A stretch of 62,805 nucleotides of DNA, the filler included, from Sphacelaria rigidula (lineage: Eukaryota): NCBI GenBank assembly GCA_964200075.2. It is 8 parts of 8 records of this genome, joined end to end, with 100 filler letters (N's around TTAATTAATTAA, not from the genome) between each part and the next. Parts side by side here need not be neighbours in the genome. Positions count along the whole stretch, not along the records: positions 23,591 to 31,353 come from CAXNAA020013530.1; positions 31,454 to 39,216 come from CAXNAA020013531.1; 6 more parts are not named here. The stretch is one strand, 5' to 3'. Made by a program: the position numbers and the translations under genes. Below the pieces are notes generated by a model that saw nothing but the letters and a program-made list of their open reading frames with translations, was not told where the DNA came from and searched no databases. Of the stretch, positions 24,590-38,082 are shown piece after piece (positions within the stretch are counted from its first letter, which is position 1; the number at the start of each line of letters is the position of its first letter).

Positions 24590-25461
24590 CGATCGCCCAC
24601 CCCAACACGAAGCTCAGCCGGTGGACCCTGCTACAAAGTTAGATGCTCAAGTTTTCGCAAACAAGAAGAAACCCCAAAAGTGTGGTGGTGTCGGTTCAGG
24701 CACACGTTTCACTGCAGTGACGTTGGTGTGTGGCGGCCACGACTGCTGCAGTTCGTGTTCTTGTCTTGGCGCAGGCGTGTTGAGCTTTTTCGATTTTCGT
24801 GTACGTGCACTGGCCATCATGGGGGTTGGCAAATCCACCATTTTCGAGTTGACTGCCTGTACATACTGCAGAGGGTATGTAAAGTATTCAATTTGAACCA
24901 ACTCGTATCCTTTGCCAAGTGCTATATTTCGCTGGCAATCAATCCCTCATTCTAGTTGTTTTCTCTGCGGTCTGCCATGTGCTGAGCTGGTCTAACCCTA
25001 CCGGCCAACAAAGAAAGGACAGCTTCGCGATTCATGAACGAGTATCCTTTATCCCCGAGTGGCGGAGGGCGAGTTCGTGAATTACAAGGTGCTGGTTTGT
25101 GAAAAACGTTCCAGCGCAGAAGTCGCCTGGCGTGACCTGCCGTCGAACTGCAGACTTTCTCTTTCATTCTGACAAATATTCCTCTTGTAAACAGCCACTG
25201 AAAATGATACCAGCAGCGAAGCAGATTTGAACCCACGAGCAGTTTTGCACCGCCTCTACTGTCCATGAGCGCGTATGCAACTCGATCGCCCACCCCAACA
25301 CGCAGCATAGTCGGTGGACCCTGCCACTAAAGTAGATGCCCAAGTTTTCGCAAACAAGAAGAAACGCCAAAAGTGTGGTGGTGCCGGTTCAGGCACACGT
25401 TTACCTGCAGTAACGTTGATGTGTGGCGGCCATGACTGCTGCAGTTCGTGTTCTTGTCTTG
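24590..25461 (+). repeat. ~180-bp direct repeat pair
   Basis: 24590-24768 and 25283-25461 (cgatcgcccacccca...gttcgtgttcttgtcttg) are highly similar. Confidence 0.9.
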
Positions 25462-26291
25462 TAATGTTCGCAATGACAGTAAACGTGGGGTGGCACCTCG
25501 AGGGCGTGTGCTTCCGTAGTAGTACAGCAGCAGCAGCTGGATACCGGTAATTTTGCAACAGGAGAAAGCAGCTGATGTATACTGTATACAATCCGTGTTC
25601 AGGTTCTAAAAATACTGCAGAATTGCTGTGTTGTGTGCAGTGTAGTACTCTGTACTCCATATAATGGGATCACGTTTTGGGCATTTCTTCGAAAAGTTCT
25701 GCTTGTTTTTTGGGAAGTTCTGCTTGGTTCTGAAATATATATTCTGAAAACAACGAGACAGTTTTCTGTCACAGAAATCCAATGCCGAATCTGAAATGGC
25801 CTGAGACAACAACCAATCTGAAAATTGGAACGATGGGTCACCCCTTGATCAATCGGTTCTCAGAAGCTGATCCCAGCCCGCAGCGCAAATTCGTGCCACT
25901 TCATGTACGTGAACCTTTCGATATCTCTTGAGCAGGTGCCATCTCCAGTTGCATACGTTTTCTTTTTTGAGTTCTCAGACGAAATATGCCGTAGATGCTA
26001 AATTAAATACGTGACTGTTAGGGATAGTATGCTCCAGCTTGCGATCTGCAATTCAAATTTCACAATCTTACGCCGGGGCAAACTTTATGCTTTTCAAAAG
26101 TCTTTTGAACGCTTCCGTGGCAAGCGGTGAATGACGGCAAGAATTCCGATTTCGCAAGGACGATCCGCACGTGCTGTGCATGCAGCAGTGAACCAGACAG
26201 CATTGCTCAGGCGGAAGGAGCAGACGAGTGAACGTTTAATGTGTCTGACAACGCAGCATCGAGCAGCTATGGTCTCCTGCATCATGCGGAG

Positions 26292-27011
26292 AATCCCTGT
26301 GGAGGTTGATCCCAAAGTTTGGCCATCGGGAGATGCTGGGTATCCCTTCCATATTCCGAAATAAGATTACATCTGCGTTCATTATTGAACGACTTACGAG
26401 CTGACCGGTTTTCGGGGATCCTGAGACGACCCAGCCCCAGGTTCTAATTCTTGGGTGTTTTACTCTTTTGAAGCAAACACAATCGTTTCCGTGAACAAAT
26501 GAAAGGATTGAAAAAACTAATCTACCGCTGCATTGTGCTTGAGCCGGAAAACTATGTTTTTTTGGACTCGTGGCGGTCGATGGCACCCCCTGATGAACAA
26601 GATACCTACTCCGTATCACCCAGACAACACCAACTCATGATTGAGTTCTGAGTACGACCTGTTTCTTTCCTCAACATCTATCGACGCTAGGACTTTTAAG
26701 TGCCAAGGACGGATACTACACGAGAAAAATCAGAAGAGTACCAAAAACGAATATTGCCCAACCGAATTCTACATAGCACATGCTGGGGTAAACCAATTCT
26801 GATAACTTTTGTGGACGATTTTATCGACCCTTACTTGCCCTAGAGCCGAAAAAAATGTGTTTTCGGCCGAAAACAATTAATAACACCCCTCATCAGTTCA
26901 GCTCGTAAGTCGTTCAATATTGAACGCAGATATGATTTTGTTTGGAGTTATGGAGCGGATGCCAAGTATCTCCTGACTCCCGAACTTGGGGATCAACCGT
27001 CCACTGGGATG
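26292..27011. mobile_element. Non-autonomous element with ~110-bp TIRs
   Basis: 26292-26404 aligns in reverse with 26898-27011 (e.g. atctgcgttcattattgaacgacttacgagctga / tcagctcgtaagtcgttcaatattgaacgcagat). Confidence 0.8.
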
Positions 27012-27029
27012 AGCGGTGGCACGCGAATG

Positions 27030-27420
27030 AACTAATTGAAGATCGCCATCCAAAGCCCGCCTTGGCGCCACTGGCTTATGTTTTTCTGTGACGTTCCATT
27101 TCGCCAGCAGGCCTGCATGCAGACGCCAAAAAAGTCAGGGCGATTTCTGATTAACCGATGCCCACCATCCTTTTTCAACTCCGCTCGCTGTTGGGTGGAC
27201 TCTTCTACTATCGCAAGATGTTGCCAAATTTGTTCAAAACGATCCACTCCCTTACAGCGTTACTGAAAAAAGGTGCAGCTTAAGCTTCACTCCGAGGACG
27301 GGATGGACAGTGTCGATGGGGGATTGGTAAAAACGCTTACCGAATAAACGGCACTCTGTTATCTAGATTGGGATGCTGTACAAGACTGCTTTTCCCTCTA
27401 TCAATTGCACACGGATACCT
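27030..27420 (+). pseudogene. pol: Ty3/gypsy RT-RNase H junction remnant
   Basis: SPAGLHADAKKVRAISD*PMPTILFQLRSLLGGLFYYRKMLPNLFKTIHSLTALLKKGA, followed by LCYLDWDAVQD..YQLHTD. Confidence 0.8.
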
Positions 27421-28048
27421 GAATCGTGAAGTTCCCCCTCCTGATTACGGCACCCCTCGTGACCGCCTAGAGCTAGCCACCTGCTCCCACCGAAGGGATG
27501 CACACGTCCGACTGGAAGTATATATATATGATGTTGACTTTGCCACCCTACTTTTACTCTTTTTTTCAGTATACCCCAACAAAATCAACACTCCCGACAT
27601 GAAACCGCTGAATACCAATCCCCACTGTGCTGAACTATGGCAACTTTCGTACGGTGCAACGAATCCCATTCAAAATAGCCCCTGCACAAGTGAGTTTCAA
27701 TCTGCTCCGTCGTGACGGCATGCCACCAGAGCCAACTCTGTCACATCGTTCAACGTTCAACTCTCTGGAATCATGAATCTCTCTGAAACATCACACCTTG
27801 CTTAGTATTGCATGTTTCTAGCGAGACCATGCCCCTCGCGGTTCCATCATATTCCCGTATCAACACCACGAGAGACCCATACGTACTGCCCATTCGGCTT
27901 CGAGACAACAGCAAGGCTACGAACTGAGTTTCACGCGTTTGGTCTCGGCCAAGTTAAACACCACACGCTCGCAGCCAACAGCTGAAGGGGGCGTGATGCA
28001 ACTCCACGGGCCACGTATCGTCGGCCCAATCGAGAAAAACTCGAAGCT

Positions 28049-28372
28049 CTATGCCGAGGATAACCGTTTGATCTTTAGTTGATACGCACTATCTTTCGTC
28101 GTTTTGATCCACACCCAGCCGCCGCTCCCGTTCTCCACTCGAGTCATGCTATCCCGCCAGCTTTTCCCCACAGAAGGTTGACTGCAACACATCATTCCGC
28201 AGCTGCCGGACGGTCCTTCCACTTCTCGCATGAAGCTACATAAAGCTTCATACGCTTTGCCCTGTCGATGTCGGATATTTGCCCGAGATGGCGATGAGCT
28301 GGCGGTCGAGCTTGGGGCAACATCACCCTGATCCGAGAGGGGATCCTTCATATCCTCCAGCACGCGCAACAC
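28049..28372 (-). CDS. Probable terminal exon of a ROCO (LRR-Roc-COR)-like gene
   Basis: ctacag acceptor (AG at 28374-28373), then VLRVLEDMKD..QGKAYEALCSFM..WRDSMTRVENGSGGWVWIK..stop. This resembles brown-algal ROCO C-termini as recalled; no Roc or LRR domain lies on this contig. Confidence 0.55.
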   Translation of the reverse strand: MLRVLEDMKDPLSDQGDVAPSSTASSSPSRANIRHRQGKAYEALCSFMREVEGPSGSCGMMCCSQPSVGKSWRDSMTRVENGSGGWVWIKTTKDSAYQLKIKRLSSA

Positions 28373-30229
28373 CTGTAGCGTACAGTTACGAAATCTTCTG
28401 TGAGGACCACTTGAATTTTGGGTTGGACCCATTGCGAGGTTTGCTTCTCCACAATTGCAGCGAAATCGGGTGCAAGATTTCATCTGCGCCTATTTCAGTA
28501 GACCTTGAGTATGAACTGATAAAGAGCGTTGCATATTTGGCGAGAAACGAACCGTGTAAACTGGTTCTGGTTTGGGGTGTCTCGACACTACATCAATCAC
28601 CGAGAGGCGGATATTTTGGCCGAAGGTAAACCCCTGTCCGTATATTCGTTCCACGCATCAGTCATATTGCTGCGCTGAGAGAGACGATTAGGGATTATGT
28701 TGATGGCCGTTCAGAGATGGGCGGAAGGCATACCTCTCAACAGTGAAGATTAAGAGGAGAGAACACCGCGCATAGTTCTCAATAGCATCAAATATCATAG
28801 AACCCTGGTACAGCAATTCATGACGTCTCGGCGATTCGACCTCGAGATTTCGCTGCAGATACACGTGCAATATCACCATACGGTATCCACATGCAAACAC
28901 ATGATAGCATTAACACTTCGCGCACATGAGGATACATAGACGTATCTAGGTTCATCATAATAGGGTCATGAACAGTCCCTGGAATATCTAATCGCTTATA
29001 GCTGTGCCTACAGCATCCCAAGTGCCGGCACGCCTTCTTATACAGGCGTTGCAACTAAACGAGAGGTGCTTCACTAAAGACTCATCTAGATGTGGCACTG
29101 TTAAACGTAATGGCCTTACAAGGCCATACTATTCTAGGACATCACGACGATGTAGTAGCACCGTGGGTAGGTGAGTGCTTCCTGGGTACCTTCAGTACAC
29201 CACGAGAGTACGAGGTCCTGCCATAGTAGCGCCTTGATATCCTCATGAAGGTGCCGCGGCACTAACAAGGTAAATGGCGGCGGATTCATCTTGCCATGAT
29301 AATTCCATTTTATGAGAGTGTGATAGTGCTTTCATAGCACCTGCACGTGCCTTTCCGTCCCTAGTTGTGACTTGGCAGTAACGTTACACATTCAGGACAC
29401 TACCATAGTACACGACTGCCATGGTATTCCAGTATACTATCATGATGTCATAATTGATGCCACCGAAAATCGTGGGCACTGTGCGAGCAAGGTCTCCCCC
29501 GATAAGCACACGCGGTCTTGCATATTCCCTCGGGTTGCTCGGAAAGTTCGATTAGAGCCAATCAGGTCTTTCTCGGTAAGTTCCCTGCTGGTTCATAGTC
29601 AATGGAAGCGGGTCCATTTCACAGGAGTCGGGGGACGGAGGGTGTTTCGAAGAAACCGTAGCCCGCAAACAGCCTCTTCGACACGTTACCTGAGGTAGCT
29701 TAGAGACCTCGGAGTATCTCAATGTCGATATCCAGCGGAATGACGCATGGTCGACAACGGTCAGCCCCCCGAGGATTCATGTGCAGATGTGCGTCGTTGT
29801 ACATTGCACCCATGACCTTCGTTTGGCCGGGCAACAGCTACAACTACCTGCTGCGGGACTGCTCGGCGGTGTACATGGATGTTCTACCTGGAGTACCAGA
29901 GTAGATATTTCTTCTGAAACATCCTCATACACACGCAGCAACACATCATCCCTCAGCATGTTTCCGGGAACGTTATTTTCGAGCCAATGTCACGTCACCT
30001 CGGATCACAAATCTTTTTTGTCACTGGAGTATCACCGCACTCAGAGAGGCGCAGCCCACCGGGCTGCCACCTTCGCTGACTTTCGATTGAAGTCCGCTTC
30101 TACCGCTACACACAAGGATGGACGAACAGCCTCGTCCTGGTGGCTAACCTACGTGGCTCACGAAATTATCTCCCTGCGCCTCGGGGTGGTCGCGTCACCA
30201 TCATGGTTATATACCACCATAAAATGCAC

Positions 30230-30331
30230 CTCCTCAGATGTTGAGCTAGCCATGGCCGAGAGGAGGTCGTCAAGCGGAAGATCCACATGCGAGATCATCC
30301 CCACACCCACGCGCAGAATCCGCAGAGTCGC
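30230..30331 (-). CDS. Probable internal exon of the same ROCO-like gene
   Basis: cacag|ATLRILRVGVGMISHVDLPLDDLLSAMASSTSEE|gtgcat; 102 nt, phase 0 at both ends, compatible with the terminal exon. Confidence 0.5.
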
Positions 30332-31353
30332 CTGTGCGGAGGGGAGTCAGCGGGTGTAAACACGGGTTACTTCTCATGTGGTGTCGAGTACACCAGCAAA
30401 CCATCAACTCTCACCAACGACCACAGAATCGTCTGCGTCGATTGAGTGCCGGAATCGCGGTTTAATGGCTCATGTACCGGTGAGACGTGCAACTCGAAAA
30501 CCAAGAGACGACCTTCCATTTTCATTACGAACGCTCATAAAATACACCAGTCTGGATGGGTAGAGGCAAAAGAACCCCACCCCATAGAATCAGGGACTAA
30601 CACTGTTGAGCTTGAACAATAAGTGCCCACGAGTGCTCAAAGCTCAGCTTACGGTAATCCTTTCAGACAAAACAAGTACAGTATTAAGGATATCAAGTTG
30701 GCGTGCCCGCGAGCCACCATATTTTCGCACGGGTACACACGGGCCATTGGCACCGCAACCCGGGAATACCCTGTGCACGCAGGGGACGCACAACAACTAC
30801 TGGAGCCACGCCTTCCCCCCACCCCACCACTTCGAACTTTCAGCTTCAGGACCATTTTTTAGCATCCGCCTTTCAAAAGTGCAAACAAGGTAGATACAGT
30901 AGGTACATGCAAATTGCCAACAAGAGCTATTTTTCATACCACGGTAGATCGGGTAGGCACTGACGTTTCGAGCACGTCGCGCCCAGCACATCTTGCTCAC
31001 CAGCGCGACAGTGGTGGCACGATCTATCGCCATTACACATTCAGTGCACTCCCGATCCCACGACCTAAAGGCAACACAATTGGTTCGGCCGTATGATTCG
31101 CGCTGCCTACAGTCTGACTGTCCAACACGTATTTGAACGCTTATTGAGCACAATGCCGCTGTAGGCACTGAAAAGCATAAGTGAACACGACGAAGAAGAT
31201 GATCTTGAGGTGCGGGAGTATTGGTGCAGCACTTTCATGGTGACGGCAAGGCATACTGACGCCGTCGCGCTAGTGGTATGTTCGAATGATTCAGATACCT
31301 GGAAAGGCTGGATCTCCGTAGAACCGGGGTCGGGGTGACGTACGAGTACCGAC

Positions 31354-31453
31354 NNNNNNNNNNNNNNNNNNNNNNNNNNNNNNNNNNNNNNNNNNNNTTA
31401 ATTAATTAANNNNNNNNNNNNNNNNNNNNNNNNNNNNNNNNNNNNNNNNNNNN
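31354..31453. other. Artificial contig spacer
   Basis: 44N-TTAATTAATTAA-44N. Confidence 0.99.
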
Positions 31454-32565
31454 GTACCAAAAATATGGTGCTCTGGAGCACGTGGTTTTCGTGAACGTCC
31501 CTTAGAGGGAAATATAAACGGCGGAGGGACATATGAGCATCATTCTTCTGGCGGAGGGACCGACTATGGCCTGCCTCTAAGGCATTTGTTGCGACTCCGG
31601 AAGACATGGCCGTGCAGTATCCTCCAGCGTGTATATTTACACTTGTGCACTTGTGCCCTAACTGCTTCCAGGGCACCTTTGGGGCCATCACGCCAGAAAA
31701 AATATATGTATCACCCGCCGTTCACAGATTGGATTGCAAACCCGACAACACTTATTCCCCAGCTATAATACCACCACAATAACCCTGCAGCAAAGAGCAC
31801 GAGTTGGGCACAGGGATATAGATACACACTGCAGTAGCTGAGCATGATGTACGTCTTGTTGGTGGAAATTTGAACTTGAGCAGCGGGGTATGGTGCGGGC
31901 AACAACTGGCGGTTTACTGCATATACACACCCATGGACAGTGCAGGCAGACAAAGCTGCGCACACTGTTCATGTCCTTTTCACGTACATTGTGAGCAGAA
32001 AACATACATATAGTCCTGCGCTGTCTGCACTATACTTTGTCCGCTTCCCTTTCACGTCCTACTGACTGCAGCGACGAGCACGCTGCAAGAACGGACATCG
32101 TGATGTACACTCAATAGCCGACGGTATATAACACCCCCATGCACCCAAAGTTATAGGCATCCACTTTGTTTAGCCATACGTGGCGCATATGCCGCGCTAA
32201 CTCTGCAGTATATTGCACAGCACGTATACAAGCACGATATGGTACTGTCCTACACGCTATTGTACTGTTCAGTACAGCATCGAACCATGCTTATTGTTGT
32301 GACGGTCATATCGCCATCAACGTACAGGATAAACCGCGATCATAATGTTTCGCGTGTTCACTCGAAAAAATGCTTCACTTTGGTGTTCGAATGGTGGACA
32401 CGGGACTACGGGGTTTTCGAGCTTGTATGTTTAAATATATGAGGTTCATGCAGGATATTCATCATAACCACAAGCTAAAGCTACATACCATGGCTGTGTG
32501 TACATACACTCGCAATCGGTGTATGGGATTCGAAACCAGTCGAGGCTGATGAAGACTTCGATCCG

Positions 32566-32610
32566 ACTATGCAGTACTGCTTACATTATTGATTGGTCAC
32601 CATGTCGTGG
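32566..32610 (+). repeat. Short dispersed repeat, second copy at 39075-39120
   Basis: actatgcagtact.cttacatt...gattggtcaccat at both sites. Confidence 0.7.
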
Positions 32611-34619
32611 TCGAGTCTCAGGGTGGCGTATCAAGCTCGTGGGACATAGGCTGGGGGTCGTGTAACACCAGCGGCCAGCATAGCCGTTACTGCAGCACAT
32701 AACGGTGTTGCACCAGAGACTCACCAGAGTTCGGTTCAAACAGCACTGCATGCATCAGGCAAAACACAGGCTCACGTTCACGTGCAGAAGAGGTGCTCTT
32801 GACTTGCTTGCGAGCAAGATGTCTCCAAGTGTGGCTGATAGCTGTTCTTGTTAGATTCGCTTGGTTGCTAAACACGAGTGACCAGCCTGGGGGGATACGG
32901 CAAAACCAGATTGGAATATAAGCTGACTAACGTAAGCCTGGAATACGACCTATCGCCCATATCAAGCCCATCGAGAACGCCTTCTATATAAGCGACAGAT
33001 ATCCGCCGTCACATTCCCCTCTCTTGCTTTGGGTACGCTGTAATGCAAAGTAGGGGATGTCACTTCATTTCATACCGAACAAGATCCACTCAAATACATG
33101 CCATCAGCCTTATATCGACAAGAAAACCTCGGATCTTCAAGGCTAGCGATGACGACGGGAAAAACTCATAATGAAATGAAAAGATGGGCCAAACCTGGTA
33201 TTCAGGGAAAATGCCTCATCATTTGGGGAAAAAATCTCTCCCGCCCTTTCGGATCATAGCGAGTGCTTTCGCATGTGCTATGTCGTCCCCGGATCCCAGT
33301 TACACTGGAAACAGAAACCACTGAGAATAGTCAAAAACTACCCACAGGTGGTAACGACGCTTAGACACCCGTGATCGATTAGATCGATCCTGGGTAGTGT
33401 GGGACTCGCAAAAAGCTGACCCACTGAGACCGCCCCAAGAAAGCGCTTACTGGCTGATGGGAGTGCGTAGGCTTTCTCTCATCGACCAGTAGCAACTGAC
33501 CTACTGGACACCGGGGGACTCCTACATATTAGATCAACAGTTCCGTCATGGTACACTGTCCAAGCAGGTACTCGGTGCCCACCCTATTTGTACAATGCTT
33601 ACTCCACGATATGAATTGCTCTACTCGAAAGGGGTGGGGCACCCTAAAATCGAATCAACGTTCTGCGAGGGCGAAGAAACGTGATGAACAAACCGGGTAC
33701 ATGAAACAAAGGGTGGGATCAGGTCTGACAAAACCAAGAAATCAATAATCTCCGTGGAATGCAAGACCGGGAAAATAAAAACGAAGAGCGGAGCAAGATC
33801 AACTCCGCGAAAAGGTGGAGAGGAAAAGAGAAACCGAAAAATGTGCTGGAGGAAACCAGGCCCACAACAAAGGAGAAGGGGAGAAAGGAAACTGGAACAT
33901 GAAAGAAAACTAGAAAGGACCCACCACGTCCGTAATACGAAAAAAACAACTCAGGGAACATGAAAACAGTCAAAAACGTAGGACTGACACGAGAAAAAGG
34001 ATGAGGTCCTACGAAACCAAGAGAAACCAAAACGGAACAGGGAAAAGGAACAAATGGAATCCAGACTAGAAAACCGTACAGAGAAAACAAAAATGAGGAC
34101 CTAAGGAGGAAGTTCTGATCCGAGAAAACGAGGCGAACAAATCGAGAAGGCGGTCCCCTCCTCCAAAGTCAAGATCAAACGTTATAAGGTGAGAAAATAC
34201 AGCTGGGAACGATACGAGGTACACAACCGAGCTCATAATCAATGGGAAAACACGAGTGAAAACAGACCCGAAGAGAGTAGAAAGAAGTAAATACTGAACA
34301 GCTGTTCCAATGATAAAAAGAAAACAGTACTGGACTACTGCTCATTACTATATAAAAAATACAAATACAAATACAAAGCGCTGCTCGCTTCTGCAATGCA
34401 CCACTAAACGGTCTCCTGCTTTCCTTCGTATAATAATAATGTTTTTCTCTGCTTCGCTCGCTCAATGCTATCGGTTCGCTCGTCTGGGTCACTTGCTTGA
34501 GCTCCTCACTTGAAGACTCCACGCAGTGTTCGTCGTCTCATCACTCTTCCAAAGCGTTCACCGTCGTCGAACACTTGTCCTTTTTGCTGAGCTCCGTCAA
34601 CATCCTCTCGACATACGAA

Positions 34620-34790
34620 ACCTATGAGGAAACAAAAGTTCACAATATCACTGCGCGACAGAGGGACATGGCGTGCTCGGGCGAGATGGCATACTTGATG
34701 CCTTGGCTGGGTGATGCAGATGCCAAAGGGCGTGGAACCCGTCCACTCGGGAAGCATCAGGCTTTCCAGGACTCCGCTTCCTGGTAGCTT
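34620..34790 (+). pseudogene. Possible decayed chromodomain (chromovirus-type gypsy tail)
   Basis: EETKVHNITARQR..GEMAYLMPWLG, then a frameshifted AWNP (cf. YEVExI..YLVKWxG..TWEP). Confidence 0.3.
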
Positions 34791-36010
34791 CTCTGACATT
34801 GCTCCATCCTGGGCCTTTGCTCGCTATTTCCAACTTGTTTGTTTTTCTGGATTTAGACTCGCGATGGTGTTTCAGGGTGAGGAGGTGGGGTGTGGGGTTT
34901 CAAAGGGTGGCGTCGCCTCGAAGTCTGGTGTTCAACCAAACTAGGCGGACCCGTCAGCGATTGAATACCTCAGATGGGGAAGGTAACGGTATGTGGTTCG
35001 ACCTATGGCGGACTATCTTGCGCGTACGTATTTTGTGTCCTTGCCTCACCACCTCCAGACCGCGTGCCGTCATCTATCCTTACCAACTTTCCATGTACCG
35101 TGTACTAGTGCTGCAATTTCCTGCCGTTGCCATCCCGACATTGAGATCTCACCTTCCGGATCCATCACCAGTCTTACCTCGCATAGGTGCTATTCGCGTT
35201 GTTATGCAAAAGGGTCCACTTGTATACTCGGTTCCGCTTCTTGTGGTATTAGTGAAGATCAGCTTAGATATATGCGTGGTTTTGCGTTGGCACGGCAACT
35301 CGGGGAGGGGAGCAGTGTGTCAAGCAATGTGCGCTTGGTTCAAGGAGCCAATGAGACATGTTCACCCCACATGACTTGCAAAGCTTTGACAACGTATCCA
35401 GTAGCTATCCTCGTGGTCTCACGAATGCGTCCTTACCTGTGGGAGATCTGACGCGTCGGAAAGAAATGCCTTCTTTCAGTCACCTGCCCAAATGGGTGAC
35501 TACCTCCACGCTACACGCTTCGCCGCTGTTCCGCGAATCTTTTGAGGGGCACCGCAAGTCAGGCACATTCTGCAGGGGCACTGACTACCCCGTTGACTTG
35601 TTTTGATGGCTGTGGAAAATCAACTGGGGATCGAGAAGCGAGGTCAAGTGCCTGCAGATGTATGTGTATGTGAGCGCAACATTACCTCAATTGTTGGCAA
35701 GTTGAACACCTCGTCCCATGAGTCTACCGCACGCCCCTACCTGATGGTCGTTTGGCGCCTGCTTGACCTCTTGGGCCTCCTACAACGGCATGGCAGCACA
35801 TCTTTCCTGAGATCTTTCGTACTTGTTGACGAAAGGGAGCGGTCACGCATCGTGGAAAGGGAGGCGCCTACTGCTAAATTTTCGAGTGCTCATCATTATT
35901 TTAGAACCGCCGGCAGCTCCTCAGCATCGACTCCCAGGTATCGCTTTTATTTCGTACTCAGATCACCTCTCACCTGCCGTTTCGGCCGTCGTTTCCCCCT
36001 CAGGTTCAAT

Positions 36011-36493
36011 AATTATGTGGGGATTTCAGAAACAGTAGAAGGATTGCAGAAACAGATAGACAAGGCGCAATAATACACTAGGCAATGGAGAGGGCCAGCG
36101 AACAGCGAATGAGAGTGACAGCGAGTGTGAAACTATGCGCGATACTCGTCTGTAACGAGGATGAGAAGAATCCACTGGGGTTCAGGTGGAAGTGGGGAGT
36201 AGGGGAACTGTCGACTCGAGACCATATACATACCTTGGCGTAGAGATCTAAAAAAACGTGCTATAGGGAGAAATGCGGGACGTGAACGAAGGAGGCATAA
36301 AATCGTCTGATGTATTAGATACGTAGAAGGTTTTTGCACAGAGTATGGGATAAGCGTCATGAGCTATGGAAGAAGCGTAGTGCCAGCCGGAATGTTGAAC
36401 GTGTCTCTATCACGAGTAGGAGCGGTGCTCCGTCTCGGAAGGGATGCGTGGTCAATGGTCAAACGACCAAGGCAAGCAACAAGTGGGTACGCC
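36011..36493 (+). mobile_element. Internally deleted LINE copy, same family as 10216-11399
   Basis: YVGISETVEGLQKQIDKA..WKWG..YTYLGVEI, then a jump at ~36255 to 3'-terminal sequence ending gcaagcaacaagtgggtacgcc. Flanks ccccctcaggttcaat (35995-36010) / ccccctcagattcgat (36494-36509). Confidence 0.9.
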
Positions 36494-37956
36494 CCCCCTC
36501 AGATTCGATTGCACCTGTTCTCCCAAAGGGTCTCCTTGCTGGCGATCAGACTGGATGCGTTGGTCAGGGTCTACAGAGCACGATCATTCGCCATTGTGTC
36601 CAGTTCGAGGTCTGTCGGATGAAGTAGGCGTGTCCCCGCCTGCGGAGAGCACTTCGCCTATCTTCGTTCCTTCGCTAACTGTGCGGAATGACCAGTACTC
36701 ACACCTGTTACGGAACCTTGATCGGTGCTCTTCGGGCGGTCTTGGGTCTACCACGTGGAGAGCTACGTGACTCTACTCGACAAAAAAGGTGGCGTTGATG
36801 TGCTGCGAATGGAGTACAGTACTCAAGGGGGTACTTGTAGCTCACCGTTGTTGATGGCCAGAACCTGCTTCGGGTCCGTGGAGAACAGCCCAGCGTCCAG
36901 AGCCCAGCAGGACGCCCGCCAGCTCCCGTTTCTCCGATTCACCCACCTGTTAACCTTACGCTACAACCTTCCCGATATATGTTTACACCATCTTCTTAGA
37001 TGTCTAGCAAACCGCCACTGGCTACGATTGATGGAGGCGCTGTCGATGCCCTATCTCACCCGTTATCCCGAGTTGGCTTTCGGTGCGCTTAGTGGTCATC
37101 CCTGGAGTTTGCCCTCGCAGGTTTCTCAAGACAAATGTACCTGGGGTGTACTTTCGTGCGTCAGGCAATGGCTCTAGCAAAACATTTGCAAAAACAACAC
37201 CATGGATGGGCGGGGCTGTACGCTTGCAACATGAACGTAGCAAAAACACACGGCGAAGATGGCTGTAGAGTAAAATTGCCACGGGGAGTAGAGAATAAAA
37301 CTGGAATTGTAGAAAGAGAGGAGACAAACGGCGGAAAATCAAGAGGTAACATACGGCAGATAGGGGGGCAAAAAGGGGAAGAAAAAAAAACGATTGAGTC
37401 GGTGAAAGAAGAAAATGACAATAATCGTGCACCGTGGGCTATGACTGCTAAATGCAGACGATGAGGGAAAGGGATCACTAGTATAACACAGTTGATAGCG
37501 ACAGAGAAAAAATTCAACAGCAAACAAATACCAGCGGGAGAGGATATGAACGTGGTATAATATGAACCAACGACCATGGGATGACTCGCGGCATTGCCCA
37601 GGCACATTCAGGGCGACAGAAGCGGGCTAAATCGAACAGCAAAAGCGGCAGGGGCGGATGGGGGGTGTAGTATTAGTGCGCGCTCTACCGATGTTCGTAT
37701 GCGATTCCGAAACTTCAAAAATAAATAAAGACACATAAGTAGATAAAAGTAGAATGGAATAGACTAAAACAAAATAGAATAAAATATGGATCAATTGTGA
37801 AGGGAGGAATCAAACGCAACGCTACAGTAGAAGCAGGGTGAACAAAACATAATGGTCAAGGCGTGAGCCCCACATACAATAACTTTTACAATCGATGTGT
37901 CTACTGCTGCCGATCAACGGCACTGGTTGCCCCTGATTTCCCGGCGTGAAGCAACC

Positions 37957-38082
37957 CATGTTATGACGGTCCTCTGAAGTGTAGTGATGGTCTCATGTAG
38001 GGTAGTGATGGTCCCATGTAGTGATGGTCCCATGAACTGTAGTGATGGTCCCATGCAGTTTAGTGATGATCCAATGTAGTGG
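37957..38082 (+). repeat. Minisatellite, ~16-21-bp unit with core TGTAGTGATGGTCCCA
   Basis: About six imperfect tandem copies. Confidence 0.9.

Noticed and set aside
33690-34260. Hydrophobic or Lys/Arg-rich ORFs in purine-rich tracts (also 21764-21979 and 37260-37460)
   Set aside because: Low-complexity strand-biased sequence, probably retroelement UTR remnants.
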